From: Hydrolagus colliei
Taxonomy: Eukaryota
Reading direction: 5' to 3'
DNA length: 64,000 nucleotides
Assembly: GCA_035084275.1 (NCBI GenBank)
Contig: CM068750.1
Coordinates: forward strand, 11,284,001-11,348,000
Numbering within the stretch: the stretch's first letter is position 1; each line of letters opens with the position of its first letter. Below the pieces are notes generated by a model, which was not told the DNA's origin, ran no database searches, and saw only the letters and a list, made by a program, of their open reading frames with translations. The translations under genes and the position numbers were made by a program. Positions 1-12,360 of the stretch are shown piece by piece.

Positions 1-425
1 CTATGGGATTGTAAGTGTGAAAACGAAGGAGGTGAAAGGAAGAGCCTCTAATCCCGAGCAATTTACATTTTGAATCTGACATTTAGTGGAGTACTTATTA
101 AAATGAACTGCAACATTAGAATTAGGAAAAGGAAGCTAAAACATGACTAACACTAAAAACAAAACTCAAGAAGCAGTTTTCACTATTAATACAACATCCA
201 CTCTGTCTGATTGCTTAATCTTTTCTAAATAGTATTTTTTTATTATCAGTTATTCTCTTCGTAAGCTTGCATTCACCTGAAGACAGAAACAATTTATATT
301 AAAGCCATGGGGACGTTTATCAGTAGTTGGGGAATGGTAAAATTATTTTTTAATTTTGTAACTACTGTCATTGTAAATAGGTTGAATTTTAATTTGGTGG
401 TGAAAGCAAAACTAAAGTTGCTTAC

Positions 426-540
426 CTGGAGATTGCAAAATAGCCACCACCTCACTATGACCTCTCTCACGAGCTTTATCCAGAGGAGTTTTACCATCTT
501 CATCTCGGAGATCGGGGTTTGCTCCATGCCTCAATAGTGT
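426..540 (-). CDS. HECTD1: HECTD1 coding exon 8 (ankyrin)
   Basis: [38 protein letters not shown]; G|GTAAG donor. Confidence 0.95.
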
Positions 541-3500
541 CTACAAAACATAATGCAATGAAACGTTATTCAAATCAGATTTTTCAGTAAGTTACACAAG
601 TCAAACAGAAGATGCTTTGCCATGAGAGCAGCCTTGTTGCACACAAAATTCTTCAGTCACTTATCTCATTAACTGAACACTAAATTGAGTACTGAAAACT
701 AAATTGGAGGTGGAATATTTTGTAATGAAATACTCGAGCACAAAGGAGGACATGATTAACTGCGTTAAGGTTGTGATGACAAATGTAATCATGCCCTCAG
801 AATAGTACTACATAAGCACTCCAGCTTACTTCAACCAGAACACCATTAAATTAATCGTTCTGTGTAAAGAGTCAGCACATGTGCAAGCATCAAAAAGATG
901 CACTTACAATACTACAATAGGCACCAATAAGACAAGTATACGCTATACCTTTGCAACCTGCGGCCTTCCAAAACAAGCTGCATAGTGCAAGGATGAAGAC
1001 CTCTGACCCCTGTTGACATCAGCACCCCTCTCGCAAAGAAATTCAACCTAAAAATATAGAACTTCTTAGACCATAGATAGAGAACCATTAAATATGAGCA
1101 AAACTGAAAGTTTGTTCAACTGTTAACAAGGTCAGACCACATAACATATTTTACTGCACTTTGACAGGATTTCAATGACCAAGCCACACGAGTTTACTTA
1201 CCATTTCCTGAGTTCCAAAAGCTGAGGCCCAGTTTAAGAGAGTTTGGCCCACGTCATCCATAAAGTTTACTTCAAAGGCTACAAAATAAAATAATACATG
1301 AGGAAAATCATTCCATATTAGGAGTTATTGTGTGGGCGAGGGGAGAAGAGTTAAACGTCAACCTACCTCCAGTATCAATAGCATCTATTAATGCATCAGT
1401 ATCTTTACTACGGATACAATCAATAAGCTGGCGATGAGAACGTTCCCCAGAACTATCCAATCTCCGCAAACCAGGAATCCTCCCTGTAGAACCAGCACTG
1501 GACTTTGGCAAAGCTTTTCGACCTTCAAAAAGTAGCACCAGAAGTAGATCCACCAATCGCATAGTATCCAGCACACACCTTTCATCACCTTGGAGAGCAC
1601 ACTCAATTGAGTCTGGCAGTTCCGATCTTAACAAATCCTAGAAGGAAAACATATTATTGGAAATAATAATGGAAACTAATAAAAAGATCTTTACAAGTGG
1701 ATTTTTAAAGACACGATTGTAACCAATGTCATTTCCAGATTTGGTCTCAAGGCACAAAACAAATTCAACAATTTACAGTACCCAAGTGCACCAATTCTTA
1801 TTTCAGTGAAGTTCCAAATTTATCTGATGTGAAACAAGAACTGGTGAAATCAGGACAAAATTTTAAATTCAGGACTTTAATTTCATTCTAAAATTGTACA
1901 GGGTGAAAAACCAATCAGAAATTATAATCTGCTACATTTGTAAGATTACATACTTTCATGGTTAAAAAACTTTAAAGACAAAATGCTCGAATTACATGTG
2001 ATAACAGCAAGATTAAAAAAAAACCAAACATGCAGTCGGTTTAAACAATTTTTCTGAGTTCAATCTATTCCAGCTGCAGAACCAGATGTTAAAAAAAGTT
2101 TGTATTCTTACATGTGTAACAACAGGAGAGCCTCTGCAAAGTGTTGAAAGCAGGCTGACAATTGTTGATACTTGGTTGCTTAGTTTAGAGTCCGCTGCAT
2201 TGGAACCTGCTCCTGTTGATGTCCGGCCTGGTTTGCAAGCTGATGATGACCCTCCTGAAACCAATCCCCCAGCTGCTGCCATGCGAGAAAGCAGTTCTTC
2301 AGTCAAGCCGTGCTTTGCTAAAGGAGCAGGATCAACCCCACGGCGGGTGAATCTGTCTGCCAGAGAAGCAAAACAACGCAGAGCCCCATCGGACACCTAA
2401 AATAAACAGTAAATGAAACTAGTAATCACAAGAACAAATGTAATTTGCAGACCCAGCCTGTTCTAAAAATGTATTTTTTTTTTTGTATAGACCATTACAG
2501 AGAAAAATATTTAATTTAAAGAGGAAGACTACACTTATGAAAAGTTGCGCCAAACCAAACTTCTGAAAAAAAAGCCATGACTGTCAGAAATTCCAATTTT
2601 TCAGTGAAAGCATTGCAGTAAATGGCGACAATATGCTTTTCTAGATCCCCAAAAAGGAAGGAATAAAACCCAGAGGGAACCATAAATTATTAAAACTGCA
2701 ACATGAAACTGAATAATGGTTCCATCTCCTTTTACCTGTGGATCTTCGTGTTTCAATAAACTAGAAAGAGACTCCACACAAGTTTCAAGTGATGAATCCT
2801 GAGGCTCCATTTTCCCACAAAGTCTGGAGACGACAGACATTGCGGAATGCAGCGTGTCTTTGTGAACAAGATGACCACTATCACGGATAAAAGTTAGCAC
2901 GCAGTTTAAACCTCCTGCCTCAAACACCGCTCCTGATTCTCGAGTACAGATAAGTTCAAGAACCTGCAAAATAGAATGAAATTTAATGAAGTTTACCATA
3001 GATGTTACAGATACTACTATGGGAAGAGAGGGGAAACAACAAACAGCTCTGAATAGGAAACAATTATTTTGTTACATTCTCCATATCAGAAGCATAGCAG
3101 CTGTTGATTATTTCTATACGCACACATTTCAGGAGAGGAGGTGGATGGGGTTGCATAAATGGTAAAAACACGTGGAGTAAAAAAGGTGGACTTATTATTC
3201 AGCCTCTGGTATTATTGCTTTTCAAACAGCATGGTGTTTAAGTCTAATACAAGTGTGTGCCACTTACAGTTTCCTCCACTTTCACTAGTTGTTAGGGCTG
3301 AGAATCAATGATTTCAGAGCAGTACTTAACAAATAACATAACAATTGCTAAATACAACATGAGGGTTTTGAAAAATAAATGGGATTAAATTCCACAGTTG
3401 TGTAGAAGAAATTGATTACCTTCACACACTGTTCAGCCAAGTCCCTGCTGGTCCTATTGTTGAGTTCTACTACGACCAACCGGTTACAAAGTGCTTTAAT

Positions 3501-6500
3501 GGCTCCGTCCACTCCCACAATCCTCCGTGTACACTCAGCTGACACATCCAGGTAGTACGTTATTGCACGTGCTGTAACTTCCAACACGTTGTCAGGAGCA
3601 CTTTCATCCAGAAAGATTTTGCATAGAGCTGGCAGAAAGGTACGTGGAGGGCATCTATAGCGATAAAACAGAAAAGATATTTTAAACTGCAATTCTAATG
3701 ATTAGATTATTGCTTTTGCATCAAAAGGGAGTCAGAGGTAACTTGTGGCATTAAATGATGCCAACTCAATGCTAAACGGAACAAGATATATAAAATTTCC
3801 CAATCTTTGCTGGGTGGATTTTTTTGTTTAGTATTAACACACTTTGAAGCATTGTCTCAAAAATCCATCTACTGCCTTGCGTGGGCGAAACGCAGCCGAC
3901 AATTACGCACAGCAGTAGCCCCCGTGCAGTGGTGGATTGAGTTTCGTTTTTGATGGGATTAGTACACCCAGAAAGTGATTTGCCAATCATCAAACATGTG
4001 TACCTACTTACTCCTGTAAGGAAATTTGCCTACATTGCTTGCAAGGCGAGCAAACCATTACGCTACACAATTACAATATATCAAACTGGGGAGCAATGCA
4101 CCATTGCTATCATTTAGGGATTTTATTCTACACATAAATGTAAAGGAACATGTTGTGTGACTAATACTTTGCTAAAAAATTGAAGTATACAAAAAAAGTA
4201 TGAAATAATAAAGCAGCCATATGATACTTGTGAATCTAGCTCCTAGTTTTTTTTTAAATCAGGCCTTTTTGTATTTTTCCTGCACAGAACACTGATTTGA
4301 AACACGTGAGAGAACATTGTGGTGAAAGTAACAATAACACCAATGAATGGAAACTATTTAATACACTGGATACGAAGACCATACCCAATGATGGCTATTT
4401 TGCTCCCCATACCCTGGGGAAAGAATCGGCTTGGGTAACCGCAATGATCGACCTATTCCAACATTGCCATTGTTGTTCTGACTTAGTCATAAGCAAATTC
4501 CCCTCATCAAATCTTCACAGCAATGAGTTAAACTGATCTCAAGTTGAAATCAGTTTAAAACCGTGTGTGCAAAGGTCCACACGGTTTTATACTTAAAAAA
4601 GGGTATCTTGGCGAAGATTTTTTTTAAAAAGGGACTTCAATTTCCTTTGCAGCACACAAAGTAGTTCCCAACATAACAGTTTAGGTCTGTTTCCAATTAT
4701 AGTTCAGTATTATTTAAAACTGACTGGACCTTATGTTGACAACATCAAAGCTTATAATCAATCACAGCTGAATTACTCACGTGATTCTCAGTTATAATGC
4801 TCAGAAATCCACTGCACAAGTGATCTGCAGTAAACAGCCTGCTTCAACAAGGCTAACTCATAACAACCCATTCTGAACATTCACTTCATCTCATGAAGCA
4901 TTATAAAAAAGTATTTTTAGGGAGGGAAAAAGAAGCCTGGATTTCCACATGTGACACCTATCCAGAAGACCACTATTGGAGGCACAAGACTGCTGACATC
5001 AAGGAAGGTCAGGATTAGGCTTAGTTTTAATACCCTTTGCACTCAAATTGTGTGTTGGTGCTTACTGTAAAGACGTGCAGAGACAATGGAGGAGGTACCA
5101 GACTTGGAGGACATAGTACCAGAGGGCACTGAGCACCCATGTAAATGTGCAGTAAGCAGGGAGCCTTGGAAAAAAGTATAGGAAAGAATTTTGAGAAATA
5201 CAATGAAATCCTGATTACCAGAATCACATCATTAAAAACAAACTACAGTAAAAGCCTGTTCATCCGTGACCTGATCAACCGTAACTTCCCTGTAACCGGC
5301 ATCGCAAAAAAAAAGTCCACATTCGATTAACCGGAATTTATCCGGAAAAATGCATTTTTTAATTATTGTTTTGCGTTTTCGGCCGAATATTCGGCATGTG
5401 CTTTAACTGGCATTGGCCAGGTCCTGAGGGTGCCGGATAAACGGGCTTTTACTGTACATGTCAGGTTAACCAAGGAACTGTACCATTGTCATCTGTTCAG
5501 CTGCCAGTAGCCTGGGCTATCAATTCACTCACCCAAGAACATTGCATTTTCTTAAAATACAGATACCAACACTTTTTTCATTACCAAGCATACTCCTTTC
5601 TGCCACTGATTTGTCTTGTTGTGCCAGCTGGGACCTACTGTATTCTGCAGCTGTGCTGGTCAGGGGTAGAAATTAGCAGCATTGCACAATTCTGGGCACC
5701 GAAATAGAACATGGTATACAAATATGCCACAATTTCACAAGGCATGCCAAGTTCAATCTCAGATACTGCCATCTCCACAAATACTTATGGCATAACATTG
5801 GCATTCTATATTCCATATAAAATTGACGAGCTTAAATTCCAGGCCTGATAGCTTTCCACAAAATTCTAGCAGAGGAAGAAAAAGACTTATTTACACACCC
5901 AAAAAAACTTTTTACACATTTGAAAATCCTCACAATCTTACTTAGTCCTCATATGGTGTAGGCAAGGGTACTGGTCTCTTAGATTGGCCTCTTGTATTAA
6001 AGCCAAATTGCAGTTGCACCACAGAAACAAAATCCTAAGAAAAGCCTGATCACTCTTCATAGTTTGGGACGAAAATCAAAACCAAGACAACAAGTGATCT
6101 GGGTGTGCAATCGTTCCTGTAGTCTTCTCAGTGGTGGCAGTTGCTCAGGAGGTGAAAAGATAAGAAAAGAGAACAAATGGAGGAAGGGAAAGAAACAAAA
6201 CAAGAACAGCTCCAGAAAAAAAAATCCTCTATCCCAATCTGCTGGTGGATTTCCCATCAACCCCAGCTGTTTTCCCCTAATTCATATTGGAATATGGGTC
6301 CATTGGCACCAAAGCCCTCCAGTATTTTCAACATGTTGGCAGGCTACATAATCCAAGATCATTACAGCTGAGCGAGAGCAGATCCTCATCGAACCCCACA
6401 CATGGGTACTTTCCAGGAAGGAGCCGTGGATAAACAGTACCACAAAAAAGCACTAACTTACTGCAACAGTGGCATATCTTATGAATTGTACCATTCATTA

Positions 6501-7578
6501 TTTCAATCGCACTGTTTTAATTCAGTGAACATAGAAAAATGTTAAATTGGACTCATCAATGATCATTGTACAGTGCTACTGAAAAAAAATCAAAACTCAG
6601 CAATCTGCTGAAATAGTGAATACTATTGCATGTTAAAAGGATGTATTTCTATGAAAAATGCTCTCTTGTCAATAGTCACTAAACTGTTACTGTAAAATTT
6701 GGAATATTATTCTCTCGAGCAAATATATGCACAAAAGTTCCAATATTCTCCATATTTCACTGTAATAGAAGCCAAAGCAGCTTTCAAATGTTCAATAAAG
6801 GTTCAATGATGGAACTTTCACTTTATCAAAAACAGATTGCTGAAAATGCATTGAAGCTCTAAGCATGCTCCCAACCAGACTTCAAAGGTCCACAGATCTC
6901 AGAATTTCAGGTTACAATGGTAATTGCTTGAGTTGAATCATCACAACTGCTGCCAATGTTCTGTCCTGTGGTCAGATAGGGTTATAACATACCCTGTTCT
7001 ATTAAAGAGACACATAGCAAAACTCAAAGGTCATAACAGAAGCTCTAAGGAAAACCAATGACATTGAAACTCGGTTGCTTAATTTTTTTAATATAAATAG
7101 AATACTTTGGAACTATGTTCAGGGATATACTCCACTCCAGTTCTGAAGAACCGTGCAACCCATTTAAGCAGGTAAAGCAGGTCAAGAGATTTCCAAATAA
7201 AATCTATGGCGTCAGATAATTTTTTTCCAGCTTTATTAACAAATAGCCAACAGTCCATCCCTCATTTGACAGGTTCGACCATCTAGATCTTCTGAATGAA
7301 TGTGTGTGTGAATGTTTAAGAAATGTTTTTAAAGGAGTTCAAAACTGGTTTATTAAACGTCCTGAAGTTCCTGGATTTCATGAAGCTAACAGAAGTCAAA
7401 GCTCAATACCCCCAAAAAAACACTGTAATTATACTTACGTTTCAAAACAACGGTCCACGTTATCAGACATCAAAAGCAACATGCACAGCTGTTCCAGTGC
7501 AATTAACTGCATGTCCCTTTCGTCTCCTTGTCCCATCTGTAGCCATTCTAACAGCGTATCAGGATCCACATCTGCCAT
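426..7578 (-). CDS. HECTD1: E3 ubiquitin-protein ligase HECTD1, 5' part (ARM-like and ankyrin region); gene continues beyond the left window edge
   Basis: Start [64 protein letters not shown] is recognisable HECTD1. Coding exons 7439-7578, 3420-3654, 2736-2963, 2112-2396, 1367-1637, 1202-1278, 949-1047, 426-540 are all GT-AG with consistent phases (1450 nt). Confidence 0.97.
949..1047 (-). CDS. HECTD1: HECTD1 coding exon 7 (ankyrin)
   Basis: [33 protein letters not shown]. Confidence 0.95.
1202..1278 (-). CDS. HECTD1: HECTD1 coding exon 6 (ankyrin)
   Basis: [26 protein letters not shown]; too short for the ORF track. Confidence 0.95.
1367..1637 (-). CDS. HECTD1: HECTD1 coding exon 5
   Basis: [15 protein letters not shown]...DAIDTG; phase 0/1. 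Confidence 0.96.
2112..2396 (-). CDS. HECTD1: HECTD1 coding exon 4
   Basis: [16 protein letters not shown]...GSPVVTH; phase 0/0. Confidence 0.96.
2736..2963 (-). CDS. HECTD1: HECTD1 coding exon 3
   Basis: [18 protein letters not shown]...LKHEDPQ; phase 0/0. Confidence 0.96.
3420..3654 (-). CDS. HECTD1: HECTD1 coding exon 2
   Basis: [12 protein letters not shown]...DLAEQCVK; TAG|A acceptor, AAG|GTAAT donor. Confidence 0.96.
5246..5454. mobile_element. Tc1/mariner-pogo-type MITE, family A (about 200 bp)
   Basis: TA flanks; TIRs CAGTAAAAGCCTGTTCATCCG / CGGATAAACGGGCTTTTACTG; sister copies at 43278 and 52580. Confidence 0.88.
7439..7578 (-). CDS. HECTD1: HECTD1 coding exon 1 (whole exon about 7439-7710 including 5' UTR)
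   Basis: ATG at 7578 (ACCATGG Kozak context); donor AC|GTAAGT; acceptor TTTTGATCAG|G before 7710. Confidence 0.96.
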
Positions 7579-7856
7579 GGTCAGTCCTTTTTATCCTCAA
7601 AACGTAAACGTCTGACTTCCCCCAGGTCACTCTTGAGCTTCGAGAGATCGAAAGGAGTAAAAGGTCACTGGAGGAAAATTTCCACAAATGGCCTGAACAA
7701 ACCCCTTCACCTGATCAAAAGAAATTGTTAACTTTAGTCATTCACAGACAGTTGGCTACATTTAAACACGTATCTGTTTTCCGCCAAATTGAAAGATGTG
7801 TTCAAAGAGTCCTGGTCTATTTTCACCAAGGTGGAGCAGAGAGCGTTTGATCAGAG

Positions 7857-8529
7857 AATAATAATAATCCTTGCATTTGATAAGTGTTTTTACAATAACA
7901 ACTTTGATTTATATAGCGCCCTCCATGCCAGACTGCGTCTCAGAGTGCTTCACAACAACGGATCCCCGGACCGAGCCAGGGACAGGGGTAGAAAGGTGAT
8001 TGAAGGCGCCATTGAAGAGAAACTGGGAAGAGAGGGGCACAGTGGCTGAAAGCACGGCCGCCGATGATGGAGTGGGACAATTTTTTTTACCACCTTTTAG
8101 ACATCTCAAAGCGCTTCACAGAATATACTGTAAAGTGAATTGACTGTAGATTTGTGGGCAAAACGCAGCAGCCAATTGCGCACAGCAGTGTCCGACAGTC
8201 ATGGATTGAAATGACCAATTTATTATTGTTTGTATTTTCCTCCCTCCACAAGGAATTATCATCAACAACAACTTCAATTTATATGGGAGTGAGGAGGGAG
8301 AGAGGAGGAGTGAGGAGGGAGTGAGGAGGGAGAGAGAAGAGACGGCACCTCAGGCGTACGGAGTAAGGAAACTTGTCCATGGTTTCGAGCTGCCAGGAAA
8401 TGAACCCAGGTCACCCACTTGCAAGGCGTCGGGACTTTCTCCTGACGTAAAAAAGCGCTCTATAAATGCCATTTTGTTGTTGTTGTTGTTGTTGTTGAGC
8501 GCTCTTAACCACTGAGCTGCAGGACTCCA
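7857..8529 (-). mobile_element. SINE interrupted by three nested inserts (L2 tails and a GA tract)
   Basis: SINE tail 7857-7891, L2 tail 7892-8070, core 8090-8260, head 8343-8428 plus 8498-8529. Confidence 0.75.
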
Positions 8530-9194
8530 CCAAGCACCAGTTGGGAAATGTAATGAATCGCAAGTAAAAACAGATTACAATCTGAATGACCAGAATGCAG
8601 CCGAGTGTGGCTGGGCAGGGAGGATAACGCAAATCAATTCTTTTGTTTAAAAAAAAGTTGCATTTCGGGTTAAAAAAAAAGTGAACTAAAATCGACACAA
8701 CCGCAGAGCGTCTGTGTGTGCCTCACAAAGCGCTCGGAGACGCTTCCCACCAACACAACCTGAGGGACTCTTACAATAAATGCAAGTTGTTATTGCTGTT
8801 GGTGCCCGCTGCTCTGGGGGGGTAGTTATGGGAGACACTCAAGACAGTGTTAGTGAAGTGTTTAGGTGGCGGTTGGCACCTGACCGACTGGTTTCAGGTT
8901 AAAAGAAAACAACTGAGTCACTGAAGGTGCTTCTGTGTGTGTGTGTGACTGTGTGTGTCTCTGGCCGCCCCGGGAGGTCCGGCCCAACCCGGCCTCGATT
9001 TCCCCGGAAACTACAAAAGGCACCGACCTGACCCGACTTTTATTTATTTGTTTATTGACATTGCTATCTCCCCCACCCCCTCGCCTCCTGCTTCCCCTGC
9101 CCCGGCCTTTACTCCCTTTCCTTCCCTTCCCCCTCAACCATTTCTCTCCCGGGTCAATCCCCTTTCCCCACACAAGCAGCAGTCTTCGCTGCTA

Positions 9195-9255
9195 ATATAT
9201 ATATATACATACACATATATATATATATATACACACACACACATATATATATATG
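9195..9255. repeat. (TA)n/(CA)n microsatellite (others at about 37180-37270, 48469-48500, 57035-57056, 59543-59563)
   Basis: Direct reading. Confidence 0.9.
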
Positions 9256-9289
9256 TATCTCCGCAATCCTTCCTTGTTCCCGAACACGT

Positions 9290-10090
9290 CGGAAACGTTT
9301 ATTCTCGTCTCCCAGAGTAAACGTTGCACCAAACAATCCCCTCCCTCCGACCTTAGGCCCCTCGAGGCCTACAACGGCTATGAAAGCCTGGGACTAAATT
9401 TTAAAGCAACCGTCCATATAAGTCATATCAGACCAGGCGGCCTCGCCGCTTCTCTCCCACCTCCCCCAACCGTATCTCATTTCCCTGTGGGTTTTTTTTT
9501 AACAAACAGCCGGTTTATTTTCGTTCCCAGCCGCCGCCGATCTCACTTACCGACACTCGACGCGGCCTCCCCCGGAAACTTAACCGCGCTGGTGGCCGAG
9601 CAACAACAACGGCGGCGGCGGCGAGACAGAGAGACCCAGACAGCGAGGCCGCATCCTCCGCACGCTCGAGCACAACAACAGCAGCAGCCGCCGCTCGAGC
9701 ACAACAAGGAGAGGAGAGAAGGGGGAAAAGAAAAAGAGGGAGAGAGAGGGGGGAGGGGAGGCCGGGCCTGAGGGAGAGGGAAGGGGAGAGGAGCCGAGCT
9801 GTGTGTGTGTTGAGGGAGGGAGAGGGACTTACACGCACGTATCTCGCTCCCGTCCCATTGGCTCCGCGCTGCTTGGGTTGAGCAGAGGAGGAGGAGGTGA
9901 GGATGAGCCTCAGGGAGCGTCTCCAAACTGCCCTCCCTCTCCCTGCTGCCGAGCTGATTGTTTCTTTACACACACACACGAGTTATTACAACTGCTTGGT
10001 GGGTGGGTGGGAGACTCCAGTGTGTGCCGGGGGTTCGGGGTCGGATGTTTGTTGAAAACCTCTAACGCTTCGACATCGGGAAAACATGGA
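9290..10090 (-). promoter_or_regulatory. HECTD1 CpG-island promoter
   Basis: Sharp rise in GC and CpG; CCAAT box on the minus strand at 9857-9861; GA-rich tracts. Confidence 0.75.
9551..9830 (-). other. HECTD1: Probable non-coding first exon of HECTD1 (5' boundary approximate)
   Basis: Strong donor TCG|GTAAGT at 9551/9550 inside a CpG island; contains (CCG)n and (TTG)n runs. A second donor-like CGT|GTAAGT lies near 9832. Confidence 0.7.
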
Positions 10091-10222
10091 GGGAGTGAGG
10101 AGGGAAAAGGGAGGAGTGAGGAGTGAGGAGGGAAAGGGGAGGAGAGAGGAGTGAGGAGGGAAAGGGGAGGAGTGAGGAGTGAGGAGGGAAAGGGGAGGAG
10201 TGAGGAGGGAGAGAGAGAAGGG
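10090..10222 (+). repeat. Purine-rich minisatellite, unit approximately GAGGAGTGAGGAGGGAAAGGG
   Basis: Several near-identical units read directly. Confidence 0.9.
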
Positions 10223-10404
10223 TGAAGGTGCCCAACACATTTGATCTGGAGGTTTAATTTAATTCCGGTGTCCCTCTCTCTCTCTCTCCCTCCTCTGTGG
10301 CCAGGGCTATTTTCTCGCCCGATGTCTGCCTTGTCTGCCAATGTTGTTTTTCGGGCAGTGAATGTGTAATTCATTTATTTGTTTCGCCACAAACAGAAAC
10401 AGTT

Positions 10405-10500
10405 ACCCCCCCCCCCTCTCCCCCCCCCCCCCTCCCCACTCCCCCCCCTCCCCCCTCCCCACTCACTCCCCCCCCCCCTCCCCACTCCTCCCCCACCCCA
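10405..10500 (+). repeat. C-rich low-complexity tract (G-quadruplex potential on the minus strand); further poly-C runs at about 10746 and 11025
   Basis: Multiple long C runs. Confidence 0.85.
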
Positions 10501-11999
10501 CGGCGGGTTCCAAGTTCCCTACGGTTAATGTGCAAATCACTGAGTGCAAATGGAACCGGTGTCTCCTCTCGTCTCTCTCCTTCCCACCTTCTGAACTAAG
10601 TGGTGCACCATTCTGTTTGAAAGCATTAAGTGTTTCCATCGTAAGGCTCGGGTTTCTCTCCGCGAGTCTCCCAGACGTGTCAAGGTCAACAGCTCGTGTT
10701 GTTGCTTTCCGCTTCAAACTCAGTCTGTTGTGTGTGTGTCAACGTCCCCCCCCCCCCCCCCAACAAAAATAAAAGGGCTTGAAATTGGCTTGAATGATTC
10801 CCCAGTCTAATGGGGCGTGTGTGTGGGGGTGGGTGGTGGGGGTAGAGAGGGACATTCAACGTATGTCTTGACTGTCACAACAGTCAGTTACGTTGCTGGT
10901 ATAAAGTAATTAAATTCACATGACTCGTCATTACAATTGTTTCTTCAAGCGGGTTGGTTTACCATCCTCTCCAGCAAACTGGGTGAGACAGGCGAGCAGA
11001 TATTTTTCACTCACAAGGAGATTGCCCCCCCCCCCCCCCCCCCCCAACCAAACACACCCGGCATGTAACATGTACCATTTCATTTATAGCCACACATTGA
11101 AGCTGAGTCAGTCTATAATTTCACTCGTCCCGAATAACCTCTCAGTAGTTACGACAGTAACACAAAACGGTTCGATAGAAATGAGGTTGAAAGTTGCTGT
11201 CCTCTCGTAATATGTTCTTTGTGGAGGGGGGGTTTAGTTTAGTTCGTATTCAATTACAATAGACAGTAGATTGGTTAGGGTACCAAATGAATGAAATTTC
11301 CCCAGATTGTGTTTACTCGCAAAGCAACCCATTCCATCATTGGAAGTAGTGATGTTTGTTTCTTTTCCCTCGTGGGCAGAGAGAAAATTGGCAGCAAATC
11401 AAGCAAATTGGCAGAATGGTGTAATAGTGGTGATCTTACAGCGTAGGGTGATCAGAAACAGCAACAATAACAAAGTTACACTCGTATAGCGCCTCTCCCA
11501 TCAGGGGGAGGGGATCTAGAGGGTGAAAAATGGTTATATCTGACTCACGTCTTTATAATCATGAGACCACATGAGAGATATAATCAGACTGTGACGTGGG
11601 AACCAACAAACCTTCTACTTGCCAACTCTTGCAACATTGCCCCTTCACCTAAATAAAAAGGAGGGTTGGGTGCCCTCTCCCCCCTTCACTCAATTTGGTT
11701 CCTTGTTGGGGGAATGGCATATGTCATGAGACAATTGTTCGTTCAAAATAAAAGCTTTAAAAAAGCTTTGTTTTAACAAAAAATTCAGTTAACCGATATA
11801 GTCTGTCAAATAATCAATATACCTTGCAAACAATCCTTTTTCTGGACAATTTTTTTCTCTACTTTCCTCCTCTTTACTGAAGGCATTTGACTCCTTTTTC
11901 TTTCTTATTGGGTATAATTCAAAAGGCAACAGGCACTCTGATATCTTACCATTATTTATCTCTGAGCATTGACAGTGACTGTTGCCAGGGTACTTGACA

Positions 12000-12360
12000 G
12001 TCGGGAAGCATCACAGCCGAGCCTGATCCTGTCCTTACCCAACATCACTTTACAGGATATTCTGTGAAGCACTTTGAGATGTCTCAATGACGTGATAAGG
12101 CATTATATCAAATGCAAAGATTATTACTATTATATGCACCTTGCAGCAAGGGTTTTGAGATAACAATCCAGAGTGCAAAATCTAACTGGGGACTGGAGGG
12201 CGAAAATGGTTTTCCTCAACTTAGGGGCACTGAGTCCAATTGAATCACAAATGGTGTCCAATCTCAGATTCGCTAATTCAGCACAAAACTGGATTTGAAC
12301 CAGCAACATTCTGGGTGTTATGGCTTAGTGTTTCACCATTGCTTACATGAGATCATCAGA
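12000..12360 (-). mobile_element. Highly diverged ancient SINE-like repeat (related remnants at about 19200-19495, 24470-24570, 25645-25800, 26640-26730)
   Basis: Shared degenerate motifs (GAGCCTGATCCTGTCCT, ACTGAGGCCAATTG-like) and tRNA-like heads. Confidence 0.4.

Noticed and set aside
2086-2400. Plus-strand ORFs antisense to exons (also 307-537, 7304-7615, 21767-21997, 29984-30406)
   Set aside because: They are shadow ORFs of the minus-strand coding exons.
8862-10772. Many 85-170 aa ORFs on both strands around the HECTD1 promoter
   Set aside because: They are products of GC-rich, low-complexity sequence lacking stops, with no recognisable domain.
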